Of a DNA stretch of 64,000 nt, positions 1-13,300 are shown one piece after another. Where the stretch lies: positions 2,606,001-2,670,000 of the forward strand of contig NC_045696.1 of assembly GCF_009834535.1 (NCBI RefSeq). Reading direction: 5' to 3'. Source of the stretch: Camelus ferus (taxonomy: Eukaryota). The notes beneath the pieces were generated by a model, which did no database searches, was not told where the DNA came from, and saw nothing but the letters and a program-made list of their open reading frames with translations. The position numbers and the translations under genes are program-made. Within the stretch, counting starts at the first letter, position 1; each line of letters opens with the position of its first letter.

Positions 1-2112
1 ACGGCTGTCGGAGGATCCGCTGGGCTCAGGGTCCTGAGCGCTCCTTTGCCTAGGAGGGGGCCCTGACCGCCCCTCTGGCACCTGGTGCCCTGGACCCCTC
101 CCACCTGCATGCCGCCTCACCTTCTGGGGTCCCCTGCCGTCACAGGCTCTCCTCCCCCAACACTCAGGAAACTGGCGTTGGCAGTGTTTTCTTTCCATGG
201 GTTTTCTCGACCCTCCTACCCCTCAGGGTCAGCTTGGGGCCCCGAGTGGCAGATGCGTGGAGGAGGTAGGCACCTCAACCCGAGAGTCAGGCCAGCCCTG
301 GATTCCTGCCACCCCCCGGCAAGTGGGAGCAGACCTCAAGCCCACGGGAGGGGTCCCCTAATATGGAGATGCTTTCTCAGTGCCCCCTTCCCAGTGTCAT
401 CCGGTCAAGCCCTGTCCCCCTTCCTCTCTGCCGCCCAGCCTCCTGCAGTGGCCTCACACCCTCGTCAGCAGTGCCCCCGGCAGTTGTGCAAAGGGACACT
501 TCTCACCAAGACCACCGCACAGCCTCCCCTACTTTTCTCTCTCCCTGGCCCCGGTCCCCGCCCCTCCACCTCCTCCTCACTGCCAGTCCTTTGGGACCAC
601 CTAGGGGACCACCGCTCAGGAGCCCTGCATGAGGTCCAGCTCCCCTGGTGGCATGTTCTCTTGTCCTGGGGGCCACACGACTGGCCCAGGCTGCAGCCAA
701 CCCACCCTGCCTGTCATTTCCAGAAGCCACTCCCTGGCACCCTCGTTGCACCCTGTGCGCCTGCAACCTCGCTCCCCACCCCCTACCTGAGCTCCTAGGG
801 CCTGTCTCCGACTTCGCAGCCAACCAGGTACCTCAGACATCTCCCTGCCACCTCTACCATGTCCCTGCAACAAGCAGAATCCCACCAGATGGGAGAACTT
901 TCAGGAGAGTTCCCAGACTGGAAGCCCCCGGGGCAGCAGCAGGGATGGGACCACCCAGGGTTGCGCGGGGCCCGGCCCCCAAGCCCTACCCCTCCCTCCT
1001 ACCCCCCAACCTCTGCAGGGGCTCCCAGCAGCCGAACCCCCCAGCGAGTCACCCTGCAGGGGGGCCTGGGCATCGGGGCGAGGAAGTGACCCCCTGGGGA
1101 CTTGCCACAGAGCAGGAGAATGAAGCCAGGCCGAGGGTGCCGCCCAGTTTCCCTGGAGCAGAGACGGGGTGGAAGGAAGCCGCCCTCCATCGCCGAGGGA
1201 GCACGCGCAGCTCCTGGCTTTCTGGGGGCTAAGTGACGTGTTCTCAAGAGCTCGTGCTTAGAACTGAGATGCCCACATGGCCGTAGCCGCGCTGGGAGCA
1301 GAGCCACTCATCTCCATCGCCGCCCCGAGACAGGTTCCTGACACGTCCGACTTGGAAGTCGTTGGTTCCTCCGGTTGCCACCCCACAGTGCTTCCCCTTT
1401 GCTGGACCAGGATTGGAAGAGGCTGGGGACACCTCTCCTGCCTTTGGACTGGGCTGTGGCCGTATACGGGCAAACCAAGACCTCAGGTTCCCTGATTCCT
1501 GCCTGTGCGGCCCCCTCCCAGACAGCCCGGGGGGTGGGTCCGTGTCCATGGCCAGGCCCGCCCCAGGGACTGCCTCTAGTGTAAGAGGCAGAGTGGACCA
1601 GCGTGATGTACTGCCTCCAACCACACCTGCTGTGACTGCCCTGCGTGGATGGCCCTGCAGCCATCAGGACCAGTCCTACTACTGTTGGTGCCTGGCCACC
1701 AGCGGCCACGACCCCACTGTATTACTGTCAGTGCTCAGCTGTCATTAGGACCAGCCCCATTGCTGTCACTGTCACTGCTCAGCCTTGTTGGCCAGGGCCA
1801 CCCCGCTAGGTGGTCTGTAAATCCTTGAGCAGGAAGGGATGTCTTTAGTTGAGCAGGGCCTGGGTTGGCCAAAGGCCACAGGACGCAGTGAGACGTCACC
1901 TCTCTAGTGTCAGCCCACCCCCGCCAGGTGAGGGGGGAACGGACGGGGCATGGAGTCGGAGGAGGATGAGACACCGCACGCCCACGCGGCCAAGGGTCTC
2001 GGAGCAGAGGCCTGGTCTCCATCTGGTGCGGCGGCCACGTTCCTCAGGCCGTGAGCTAAACGCAGACAGGGGTGCGTGTAAGCGGGCCTCGCCGTCCCTG
2101 AGCGATGACCAG

Positions 2113-2602
2113 TGATATGAGACCTGTTCACATACAGGGAAGTGGTTACGGTTTGTGCGTGGGCGCCCTTGAACCTGATGCTGACCGAAACAGCACCTGC
2201 GGCCCGTCAAACACGCACCGTCCATCGGCTTCAGTTACCACAGAAAAGGGCACGCTGACCAGAAGGAAAGAAGGTCCGTGTTGAAAACACAGATGAAGCG
2301 CCCTCCCCGGGCGCCAGCGCCGGGCCTCCTTCGGTGACGAGACCCCGCCAGGTGCCGAGGCCGCGCTGACTCGCTGCGTCTGCCTGGCTGCTCCTTTTTT
2401 TGAAACCTTGAAGGGACACATCCCTGACTTGCCGAATGCTCTTTGTTCTGACAAGACGCAAAGCTGTGCTGGGAGCCCTGCTTCTCCGGAGCGGTTTCTC
2501 GGAGGAGGCTGGGAAGCGGGCTTCCGGGCTGGTCCTCAGTTTGGCTCAGATAAAACTCTTCTATTCTAATCATTGCTTGTTTGCTGGTTATTTTTGTCGA
2601 CA
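2113..2602 (+). mobile_element. ERV1-like solo LTR (copy A)
   Basis: Starts TGATA, ends TTTTTGTCGACA; flanked by 4-bp direct repeat CCAG (2109-2112, 2603-2606); homologous along its length to the reverse complement of 30493-31005; poly(A) signal position reads GATAAA. Confidence 0.9.
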
Positions 2603-4197
2603 CCAGCCATCATAATGGACAAAGGTCCCCAGAACGGACCCATCCTCACACACTCACAGGTCCTCCGGTGGTCCCTCCGCAGGCCTGGTGAGGGGGGACA
2701 GGATTCACCGTCTGTCCCCGATGTCTGTGGAGGGAAAATCAAAATGGAGTTGTTGTTGCTCGGAGAGCCTCTCAAATGAAGCCGGGAGGCCACTGAGGAC
2801 GGGGATGGAATCTGACCCTGTGACCCCTTCTTGTCCAACGTCGGCGTCCAGGACACCTGCCACACACTTGGGACACCTATGGGACCCCCACCCTATGAGA
2901 GCCACCCGTGAAGGACACTTGTCAGAGCACAGACAGCTTCATGGCTTTCGCCTTTATAAACCCCTGGCTGTTTCTCTTCCCTGGAAAGCTCGTGTCTCCC
3001 AAATTCCAATCCTTAAGCCCCAAATGAAGGTCCTCTGGCCTTGGCAGCCTCCACACCGGTTGCTGCTTGATGGCCCTTAACGCCTGCCCTGACTCCTGTG
3101 TCTGGCGTAGTTCAGGTCAGTGGTTCCCACCCAGCGCTGGTAACATTCGGGGCCAGGAAATCCTCGGTGTGGGGCCGCCCTGCACTAGGCTCTAGCACCC
3201 TAGCTGGCCTCCACCCTCCCTGGCCTCCACCCACTAGAGGCCAATAGCACCTCCCTGCGTGGAGACAACCGAAACATCTGCAGACATCGCCACACATCCA
3301 GGTCCTCATCCCCACGTGTCCCCATCCTCAACACCCTGTTGAGAACCTCTGATACACAGACGGTCCAGGCTGAGGACAGAGGTGGAAGCCCCCAGTGCCT
3401 CTCCAGCCCCAAAGCGGCCGGTGCCAGGACACAGGGAGAAATCAGGGGAAGCTGGTGGCGGTGGGCGGGGAGGGGCAGGAGCCTGGCTCACCCTTGTCCT
3501 CAAGGCAAACGAGGAACATCGGGAGGTCAGGAGGGTGAGGGCAGCACCGAGAAACGCGAAACGCCCTCCGAATGGAGCAGTGACTTGAATAACTCTCAGA
3601 ACATTTGCGTGGAATAGTTTGCATTTCAGTGACTCAAGCTTTCAGAACATGCAAACTCTTGGGGCCCCATGGGTGACAGAAACCCTTTGTGCGGCAAAGC
3701 TGGGAGAGAGGGGAGTGTGGCCTGGGCCAGAAACGGATCAGGCTGCTCCTGGCACCACGGGGGGAGGGAGGAGGGTCATCCCTGGCGCCCCAGCTAGCAG
3801 CATGTGCGTGTGTTATTCGGAGCTGGAGGTCAGTTAAAATAAGAGATGAATGACTTAACGTGAAAATGACAAGTGTTTGAAGTAATGAATATTTGCATGA
3901 TAAAAAGAAGAGATTTAATTTAAATACAGACATTTGAGGAGAGATGGCCTCCACCCTGCGAAATGAGAAGAGTGCCCTGGGGAGGTCGCTGGTCTTGGGG
4001 TTCCCGGCCTGTCCTGAGCCGCAGGGATGCCTCCTGCCCCTCCTCCGTCAGGAAAGCCACGCGGCCTGGACACTTCTGCACAGACCTCCCCAACACCAGA
4101 GACACTTGGAGCTAACCATCTTGATAATCGGTCATTCTAAGACAGGGCATGAAATCCCAGACACAACACCTCTATCTTTCTTTCCTCAGTTTCCAAC

Positions 4198-4615
4198 CGT
4201 AGCGGGTGGAATGGTGGCCCCTAAAAGGTACGTCCACTCAGAGCCCAGGAATGTGACTTCATTGGAAAAGGGGTCTTTGCAGACTTCCAGGTGAGGCCGT
4301 CCTGGACTGGGGGAGGGCCAAGCCCTGTCAAGCGTTCGTGGGTGAGAAGAGAAGGGAGACGACAGACGCAGGGAGGGGAAGCCGCGTGGAGACGGAAGCA
4401 GAGGCTGGAGGGGTGCGGCCACACGCCACGCATGCCGGGAGCCACCAGAAGCTGAAGGAGGCAGAACAGTACCCTCCCCTGGAGGCCAGGGGCAGTGTGG
4501 CCCTGCTGACTCCCTGGGTTTTGGACTTCTGGCCTCTAGAACCATGAAAGAATAAATGTGTTTTCTTAGCCACTAGTGTGTGGAACTTGGATAGCTGCGA
4601 CCCAGGGACATCACA
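4198..4615 (+). mobile_element. MLT1 (MaLR) solo LTR, MLT1B/C-like
   Basis: Diagnostic motifs GAATGGTGGCCCC, GGGTCTTTGCAGA, CCACCAGAAGCTG, GGACTTCTGGCCTCTAGAAC, GAATAAATGTG. Confidence 0.85.
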
Positions 4616-5129
4616 TCCGCATGCCAACCGTCTCTAGATACGCCGCTGTCGTGAGGTTCTGTGGGTCCCCGGGGGCACCCTGCACGCCCCTGGGGTTCCG
4701 TGTGTCCCTGGGAGTGCGTGCATGCCCCATGGAAGCATGTGTGTCCCGGGAAGCATGGGCGTGCCCTGCTCTGCACCTCACTCTTTGCACTTGGCAGGCA
4801 ACTAGAGGATGTATTATCCATAGAGAATTTTAAAACAATAGTAAAATCAACTCTTATTACCATGTGCTGTAATTCTGAACAGTCCATGAAAAAATGCTGT
4901 TCTTCTTGAGAGGACCCTCCCTGTCCCCCCCGCCTTGGGAGCCAACACATACCCAGAGCCTCTGCTCAGGCCCAGGGCCTGGCCTCACAGCTGGATTCGG
5001 GCCCATTTACACCGTGTGCAAATCATCCTGATGTGGCCCCAGAATGAGAAATGAGAATTTTTTTGTCATATTAGTTAGGTGACATTATTATAAAAATATT
5101 AGGGAAACTTCCAAAGAAACCCTAAAGTC

Positions 5130-5692
5130 TCAAAAAATTAAGTGTAGAACTACCACATCCTTCAGGAATTCCATTTGTGGACATAGACCCAAAAGAACTG
5201 AAAGCAGAAACTGAAGCTCATATCTGTACGTCTGTGTTCATAGCGGCGTTGCTCACAACAGCCCGGGGGAGAGACAGCCCAGGTGTCCCTGGGCAGACGG
5301 GCGGATGAGCTCTGTGGTCCAGCCACACGTGGACTATAACTCGGCCTGAAACAGGAAGTACACTGACAGGCTGCCACACAGATGAGCCCGGAGGGCGTCG
5401 TGCTCAGTGACGCGGGGCAGACCCAGAAGGACAAACACTGTCTGATCACTTACATCAGGTCCCTGGAGGAGTCAGACTCACGGAGACAGAAAGCAGGAGA
5501 GGGGGTCCGGGGCCGGGGGTGGGAGGGGCAGTGAGTGTTTAATGGGGACAGAGTGTCTGCTGGGAAGATGGAAACTCTGGAGACGAGTGATGGTTGCCCA
5601 ACAGCGTGAATGGACTGAGTGCCACTGAGCTGAGCATTTAAAAATGGTTAAGATGAGAGATTTTACATTGCGTATTTCACCACGATTAAACA
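5130..5692 (+). mobile_element. Ancient L1 (L1MA/L1MB-like) 3' end, strongly GC-shifted
   Basis: AGAACTACCA...CCCAAAAGAACTGAAAGCAG...TGTTCATAGC... through AAAATGGTTAAGATG...CACCACGATTAAA follows the L1MB 3' end. Confidence 0.85.
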
Positions 5693-8600
5693 AACAGTTT
5701 TTTAACTTGCTAAAAGGAAACAGAAAATCATCATTAGAAAAAGATATTTTAATTAAAAAAGAGAAGAGAGGAAGCTGGCAAGGTAAGAGCCATGGCTGCT
5801 GGGATCTGCTGTGAGGGCATCGAGTCTGTGATGAGGACACGTGGTGTCTGTGACATGGTGGCTGGGTCGCGCCATCCCCACCGGCCGCCCCCCTCCCCCG
5901 CACGCACGCTCCAGTGGAATCCAACCAGAGAAGGTCCGAGGAGCCTCCCAGCTTCACGCGGCTGTTCCGCGTGACCCGCGGCGTTTCCCAGCAGGGCTTC
6001 ACGTGCCCTGCCGACCTGCTTTCTGGACCTTCCCACAGTCTTACCAGGAGCTTAGTCTTGGGTCTTAACTCATAAATGGGTGCATTCCAAGGCTACTCAG
6101 CCCTGAGAAACCCTGAGAAACGGGGTGCTTTTTGCTGGCGGTGCGGGGCTTCTCTTCAAGAAGAGGTGTGGCCGTCCTGGAGAATGTCCTTCCGGGCCTG
6201 GGTGTCCCTGAGCTGTCCCAGGATGGGCCCAGCAGCGGCTGGGCAGCCGGCACGTAGGCCCGAGCTCCCGGCTGCAGGGATAGGCCGGCCTCATTCCCAC
6301 AGGGTGGGCCTGGACCAGAGGAAAATGGGCTCAGAGCCCCCGGGGACACACACGGTCCTCCTCACGTTCATGCAGGTGTCCTCTCCCTGCGCTCAGGGAG
6401 AAGGTGGAGTGTCATGGGGCCGGTGACCCCGGCGTACAGCCGTCTGAAGGACTCAGACACTCCAGAGAAAGCCGTGCCTCCGTCTCCCAGTCGAACCCAC
6501 TTAATTTGGTTCTTTGTCTCGTAAACAGAGTCCCTGAAACAGCCGTTCCCCAGCTCAGGGATGGGGAGAGGAAGGCCTGGGGCAGACGTCAACATTTATA
6601 GAGCTTGCAAATCATTCTACGGTGCTAACACCTCGTGAAAGAGAAGCTAGCATGTGAGATGTGAAAAATGAAATACGGTTATTTCCTTTGTAGAATGTCC
6701 TCACATCTGGAAGGCGAGAGGGTCCCTGGGGACTCCTGGCGATCACAGCAGGGGCAGCTTCCTATTTCAGTGAGCTTAGTTTCAAAGCGCATCTTTAAAG
6801 TCTCATTTAGACGTTGCAAACAGTAATTTGGAGGTGGAAATAAAGATGCGTGGGTGCTTCAAAACCTGCAGCACGCTGGTCTCATCTCCTGATTCAGACG
6901 GGCGTGAGGATGCGTGTAACCGTCAGGGGTGGGGAAGGTGATGTGGCGGGGGGTGAGGGGCGGGAGGAGAGCTCTCAGATGCACTGCTGGAGGCTTTGAG
7001 GCAAATTCTGAACACACTTAACTGTCCTCCTTCAGTTCAATATACACGTATTGATACGGGGACAGACGATTAGCTGGTCCTGGACCTACGTTAACTGTGT
7101 TATTAGCCTTCGCTCACCAGCCAGCAGCAGGCAGAGGCCACCCCCGATGGCAACAGACGGCCCCCTGTGAGGTGGCGGTCAAGCTCGGCAGACTCTAGCC
7201 ACAGCTGCTCCATCCACAGCAGGATTCCTGCAAGGGCCTCTCCCCACAGCTGCCCGGCGGCCACTGTGAAACTCACAACTGGGCAGGGGCCTCTGGGTGT
7301 CCACGCCCAGGGGCAGGGCTCCCCCATCAGCCCTGTCGGCCCCTCCTGCCCGGAAACACCAGGGGCCTCCCCTTCCTGCGATGACCCGTGGTCCTTCCAG
7401 GGCCAGCTGTCCACGGCTTCCTCTGAGGGAGGCCCTGTTTGTCATGGGGGCTGAGGAGTGGACAGAGCAGTGCTCCTCCTTCAAGGACTGCCCCCCACCC
7501 CAGTGTCCTCACCTCTCTCCCACAGCCCTGTCCCAGCTGCCCAAGGCCTCTGATCCCAGAGCATCCTTGTAGCTGGGAACCTTCCACCCTGTGGCCACGT
7601 GAGCCCTGGTGGAGTAGCTGGCAGTGCCCTCTTGCCATCTGGCTTGTCCAGCTCTGGGCCTTGGTCACCATGGGGCCCCCCAGGTTGCCATGGCCAGATG
7701 GACAAGAGGGGACTGCAGGGCTGGGGGACAGAGCAGCCGTCCCGTGAGCCCAGTTAGCACTGGGTGTCACAAATAAGGGACAACCCCTCCCTGCCCCCCT
7801 CCAAAAATAAGACAAAGAGCTGACCCTGAGGCAGGAGGACTTCCTGTGCCAGCTGTGTGGGCGGGCAGGGGCGGCCAGTTCTGGGCTGCGGCCGGACAGC
7901 CTTCCCTTTTCTCGGGCAGGGCCATTTGCATTCCTGGGTGCAGCCTGTTCAGTTTCTGCCCTGCCCGGCCCTGGGCTCAGGAGAACCAGTTCTGGAGGGT
8001 GTGGTTCTGGTCCGTGACAGCAAGGTCAGGGAGCCCCGGGGAAGTCGCCAGCTCAGGAGAACTCCAGGGCGCCGGGGGCGGGGGTTGGGGGGCGGACACG
8101 CGGCGGTGCTGGTGCAGCCCTCCAGGACTCAGCAAGTGCGCGGTCCCCTCCCGGCTGGGAGTCAGGTTCCCACGTGCCTCGGCTCAAGGTCAGCTGCGCC
8201 GTGGCACGCGGCCGCGCAGCCCCCGGCACAGCTTTATTAGTGACGCTCATCAGCACTTACTTGTTCCTGCCCTGCACCAGGCGACTCACTGGCTGCTCCG
8301 CAGGCATCCCCTCCAGTCCCCGCCTCGCTGGGACTCGGGCACTGCCGCGTCCACCTCACAGATGAGGATGCACTTTGCGTGCAGCCCCGCTGCGAGCCTC
8401 TCACACCTGCTTAGTTTCCCAGGGGAGCGTTTGCAGGGAGATGTCCCCGCTGGGTGGTGCCGGGGCTGGTCTCTGTGCTGGGGCGTCCTCACAAAGGCAC
8501 TGAAACGGGCAGCCCTAGTGACCCTCAGGACAGCCGTGCAGCAGGGGACAGCATGAGTGTCCCCAGGGTGCTGGCGACAGCAGCTGGCCTGGGCCACGCC

Positions 8601-8706
8601 TGGTGACCGGGCGGTGAGGACTGAGCCACAGGCCACATCTCTGTGGCCCACCCTCTGTGTTTCCATCCAGTCTGGCTCTTCAAAGGGAGGGGATCACTTT
8701 GTCATC

Positions 8707-9149
8707 TGTCATGGGTTGAATTCCGTTCCCCCAAAAGATATACCCACATGATAACCTCGGTACCCTGACTGTCCCCAACCTAACCTCTGCACCCTGACTG
8801 TGACCTGCTGGGGAAATGGGTCTTTGAGGATGTAATTAGTTAAGAGGAGGCCAGACTGGAGGAGGGTGGGTCCTTGCAGGATGACAGGAGACAGGCACGC
8901 AGGTGGAGGCGGCTCTGCATGGCAGCGGCTGTGCTGGGAGCGATGCTTCTATGAGCCAAGGAGGACGAGGGTTTTTGGCAGCACCAGATGCTGGGGGACA
9001 TGGGACATTAGGAGGAGCACTGCCCTCCTGACACCTTGATTTCAGACTTCTGACCTCCAGAGCTGTGAAAGGTGAGAGAATACATATCTGCTGTTTTAAG
9101 CCACTCAGCCTGTAGGACTTTGTTACGGCGGCCACAGGAAACTGACATG
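8707..9149 (+). mobile_element. MLT1 (MaLR) solo LTR, MLT1B/C-like
   Basis: TGTCATGGGTTGAATT start, GGGTCTTTGAGGATGTAATTAGTTAAG, ACACCTTGATTTCAGACTTCTG, TGTTTTAAGCCAC; contains a small imperfect internal duplication (TAACCTC..ACCCTGACTGT twice). Confidence 0.85.
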
Positions 9150-9342
9150 CCATCGTGTATGTCCAGTTCGGGCAGAGGTGGCCCTGGAGGAGGCCTCAGG
9201 CAGGGCCAGGACTCTGTTTGCCCCCTCCCCTCCCCCACAGGCTCCCCCAGCCTTCCCAGTGGGTCAAGTCGTCCCCCACCCGCTCCTTCATCCCTTACTG
9301 AGCCCTGCGGGCCTGGGCCTGGGGGCACAGACCTGACCACCG

Positions 9343-9378
9343 CCCAGCCCCCAGCCCCCAGCCCCCAGCCCCCAGCCC
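9343..9378. repeat. (CCCAGCC)n heptamer tandem repeat; potential G-quadruplex on the minus strand
   Basis: About 5 adjacent copies read directly. Confidence 0.85.
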
Positions 9379-10759
9379 ACCCTTCTTCTCCTGGAGATCA
9401 GGCCTGCAGGAGACCGACAAGGGCCGCAGAGCTTTGTAGCCACAGGTCCAGCAGGGGGACTCCCACGGGAGCCCTGGGCCTGGGGTTGGAGCAGCCCGGT
9501 CCTAAATGCCCTGCTCCCTCCTGCTGCTCTTGGGACACGGCCATCCTGGCATCTCTCCTCTTTCACCCCAGCCAAGCGCCCCAGGGCATCGTGGGGCAGG
9601 GAGTGACTGGGCGTGCTGTGTGGTGGTCCAGGCAGGTGTCAGGGCAGCGGCCGGCTTATGGACACGCCTCACCTCCACCCCAGCTGGACATAGTGTTGGG
9701 GAAACATCACCCGCCCCCTGCGTCTGGGATGAGCTGCTCCCCTGTCCGGCCGGCTCAGCTCTGGGATCCCAGCTGAGGTCACAGATGTCCACACAGTGAC
9801 TTGGGACCTGGAGGAAAACTGTGCGTCTCGAGAAGGTCAGATGAAACCCCCGGAGACATCGATTCTCACAAAGGACCCGCGAAGCTGCAGAGCCACGTGG
9901 TGAGCCCTGCAGAACCACAGAGGAGGCCACGGCCAGCCGGTCAGGGCAGAGCGAGTCCGGCAGCTCCGGGTGCTGCCTGGATTCGGGCCAGTGGATGTTG
10001 GGTTCTTTTCTTGTGAAAGGAGGTGGGGACTGTGCTTTGTAAGAGTCTCCTGCCCCCACAGCACAAAAGGGGACAGTAGCTGCCAGAAGGGGAAGGGCAC
10101 TGGGGAAGGGAGGTGGCGGGAGGAACCCCAGGTCACAGGAGCTGGACAGTGGCAGGGACTGATGGGCGAGTAGAGCGCCCTGGGCCCCATGTCATCACAG
10201 CAGGGATGGGGGAGGAGATGGCTGCACAGACAGCAGGGACAGGCCTGGGGCAAGGCATGCTTGTCTCTTGCTGGGGACAGCCACCACCTGGCTGGGGCTG
10301 CAAGCGCTCCGTGTTGAGGGGTTGCAGACCCCCGGGGCACCCATGGGGACTTCCTTCATGGCACAGGCTCTGCCCACGTACACACCAGGACCCCCACCCA
10401 TGCTACAGAGGAGGTCAGGTCCCCTCTGCACACACAGGCCACACAGGATCTGCCCCTCCCCACACCCGGCTCCAGCCGCTCCCACCGGCTCGCACCCCTG
10501 CAGTCGCGCTGGCCCAGCTGGTGTCCAGCTGGACGCCTGCCCTGCCCTCTGCTCTGGGGCAGCCCCAGGGCACCTCCTCATTGGGTCTTGCAGAAGTGCC
10601 CCCTCTCCCAGGGCCCTCCTGGCCACCCAGCGAGAGGGCTGCCACCCCACCCTGTCTCTTGCTGACCCCACTCAGCGTCACCCTCCCCCTCGTTACTGAC
10701 TGTCCACGCCCCAGCGGGTGGTCTCCCCCACGCGGATCTAAGCCCCGGGAGGTCAGAGG

Positions 10760-10855
10760 CGGTCAAGGTCCCTGGTGCAGCCCCAGTGCCAGGCACAGGG
10801 TCGGCGTCCATCTGAATTCAGTGAATGGACAAACAAGCAAAAGTGAGTGAATCAG
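10760..10855 (+). mobile_element. L2 3' terminal fragment
   Basis: CAGTGCCAGGCACAG...TGAATGGACAAAC...GTGAGTGAAT resembles a degenerate L2 tail. Confidence 0.55.
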
Positions 10856-11999
10856 TTTAAATACTGCCCGTGGCAGGAAGCCCAGTACAGCGGCGGGCGG
10901 TGGCCGGCGAAGCCTCGCTCCCGGGACCCCTTCTCTCCCTGCTGACCCAGCCCAGTCTCAGAGCTTTGTGACATGGCGTCTCAGTGCAGAACAGGGTCCC
11001 TGTCACTCCATGGGGCCCTTCCAGGCCTAGACAGGGTGAGAAGCCAACTGCTTTGGCCCAATGTGGAGGTTCCTGGGAACAACCAGAGCTCTGCTCTCTG
11101 GGGACTGTGTTCAGCAGCAGGGGTGGGGCCAGAGGGACCCACAGGGTGACCACAGCCCACTGGCCATGGGCAGTGCCCTCAGCAAGGTCACAGCAAGTCA
11201 TGGCCGATGCTGGTGGCCATGGGGCCACCTGGACGGCCGAGGGAGGACGCCGCACGGAAGTGGCCTGGACAAGAGAACGTGTTCCGGGCGGCTGCCTGGC
11301 ACGGGGAGGGGCGGCTCCCTCTGAGACGCCGGAGGAGCCAGGTGAGACCGTGAGGGTCACACACCTATGACACCTGCCATTCCTACCGTCCACCAGACCA
11401 GGGTGGCCCGGGGGAACTGGCCACCAGACAAATAAGGATCCGCAAACATTCCTGAGAACATGTTTTCTGCTTGGAGACAGACGCTTAATCACAGCGCCAA
11501 GTCAGTCACAGATCCTGCTGTGGTTCCCCGGGTGCTGCTGGGGGACAGAGCCACTGTCCTCGCGTGGCTCTATCCCCTGGGAGCCCTGGAACCAGCTCTG
11601 TTGTCAGCTCTCCCGTAACTCAGACCTTCACTCACTCTAACCGGCGCTTCCTCCGAGGAGCCCAAATCAACGGTGGTCACTCGTCATCCGGACACACGCC
11701 CGGAGACCTGGACCCTCCGCCGGAATTTACACGAGGGAACTTGGTCTTACGTCATCCCCTAATTTTTCATTGCTCACCTTCTGGAGGTCTCCCGGCAGGA
11801 AGGCAATTCTATTAGGGATGTTCTCAACCACTTTTTCAGTGTCTTCTGGCTTTAATTTGCTAAAAGGAGATTGGCCCCTGCTTGCGGGTTTGGGCGGAGT
11901 TTTGATGGGTCTCTCCGGGGCTGGGGCCGGGCCAGGCCTCTTTTCCTGCTGTCCCCCTCCTACCACTTAGCTGTAGGTCATGCCCCCGTCCGGCCACCC

Positions 12000-12025
12000 T
12001 GTGTGTGTGTGTGTGTGTGTGTGTG
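12000..12025. repeat. (TG)13 microsatellite
   Basis: Perfect dinucleotide run. Confidence 0.95.
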
Positions 12026-12769
12026 AGACGAGGGACACAGTGAGGCCCTGTGAGCAAGAGGGCGTGGGGACCCGAGTGCTGTCCACCCCTCCTCCTGGTC
12101 CTCCTGGTCAGCGGCGGGGGCTCCCAGGGTGGGCAGTGGGGCTCACGCATACTCGGCGCAGCTCCACAGCCAGGCCTCCCCCTCAGTGCTCCCGGGACAA
12201 GCCCCCCGCTCCACTCAGCAGCTGATGGAGAAACCATGCAGCTTCTCGGGATTCCCAGGCCAAGGGAGCTAAGTGACAGGCCACATGGACGTCAGGGCGT
12301 CATGGACGGAGGTAGAGTGGCTGGGCCTCTCACCCTGGCAGGAGTGAACAGGGCCCTCCCTCTGCCCTTCAGCACTTAAGGCCTCCAAACATGTGTCCTC
12401 TGTGTTCATACTTAGTAACCGACTCCTGGACAAAGGCAAATAGAATCCACCAACAAAGGCATTGGGTTAATTCTGACCCCAAAACAAGCTATCGAGCTAT
12501 CCAATGACACACAGGGACAACTGGGAGGAGGTCCCTCCCCCACTACTGGACGTCTGACCCCACGCCCCCAGCCTGACCACGTGGACCAGAGATGCCCAGG
12601 GCTCCGTGCAACAGAACCACACTAGTACATCCGAAAAGATGCCACAAACAGCAACAAAACAGGCTCATATTTATCTTCCTAAAACACATCTTCAAACGTG
12701 CACTTCACACACCAGAGAGTCCCTGGAGTGGCGAGGCTGGTGGCAGCTCTCTCCTGCCGAGACCTACTT

Positions 12770-13132
12770 GGTGGGCTGGGCTGGAGGCCGCGGGCTCGGA
12801 CCACAGACATTTATTCTCTCACAGTTTGGAGGCTGGACTGGGGATCCAGGTGTGGGCAGGCTGGCTTCTCCCGAGGGCCCTCTCCCTGGCGTGTAGACGG
12901 CCGTCTCCCCCCCATGTCCTCACGTGGCCTTTTCTCTGTGTGTCTCTGTCCTGATCTCCTCTCTTACAAGGACGCAAACCACCTTTGGTTAGAACCCACC
13001 AGTGTAACTTCACTTTAACTTAGCTACCTCTTTAAAGGCCTTCTCTCCAACCACAGTCACATTCTGAGGGACTGAGGGTTAGGGCTTCCCCGTGTCAGCG
13101 GGGGCGGGGGGAGGCACAGTTCAGCCCGTGAC
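12770..13132 (-). mobile_element. MLT1A/B-like solo LTR
   Basis: ACAGACATTTATTCTCTCACAGT, GTCCTCACGTGGCC, CTCTTACAAGGAC, CAGTCACATTCTGAGG, CACAGTTCAGCCCGTGAC. Confidence 0.85.
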
Positions 13133-13149
13133 CCCTTCCTCTGTGATGC

Positions 13150-13300
13150 GCTGTGCCAAAGCTTTCCACGTGTCAGCCCTGCGAGCCTTTCAACCCTTTG
13201 GGGTAGGAGCCATCAGAACCCCACTTGCAGAGGAAGAAACCGGCCGTGGCCACTGACGCTCAAGCAGCTTCCCAGCACAGCCGCGTCTGCAAGGCTCTGA
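13150..13300 (-). mobile_element. MIR fragment
   Basis: CAACCCTTTGGGGTAGG...CCCCACTTGCAGAGGAAGAAAC resembles the MIR core. Confidence 0.5.

Noticed and set aside
2235..2603. ORF sharing the peptide IEEFYxSQTEDQPG with ORF 30477-30662, suggesting a duplicated gene
   Set aside because: Both lie antisense within two copies of the same solo LTR; the similarity is at DNA level and the frames are not maintained
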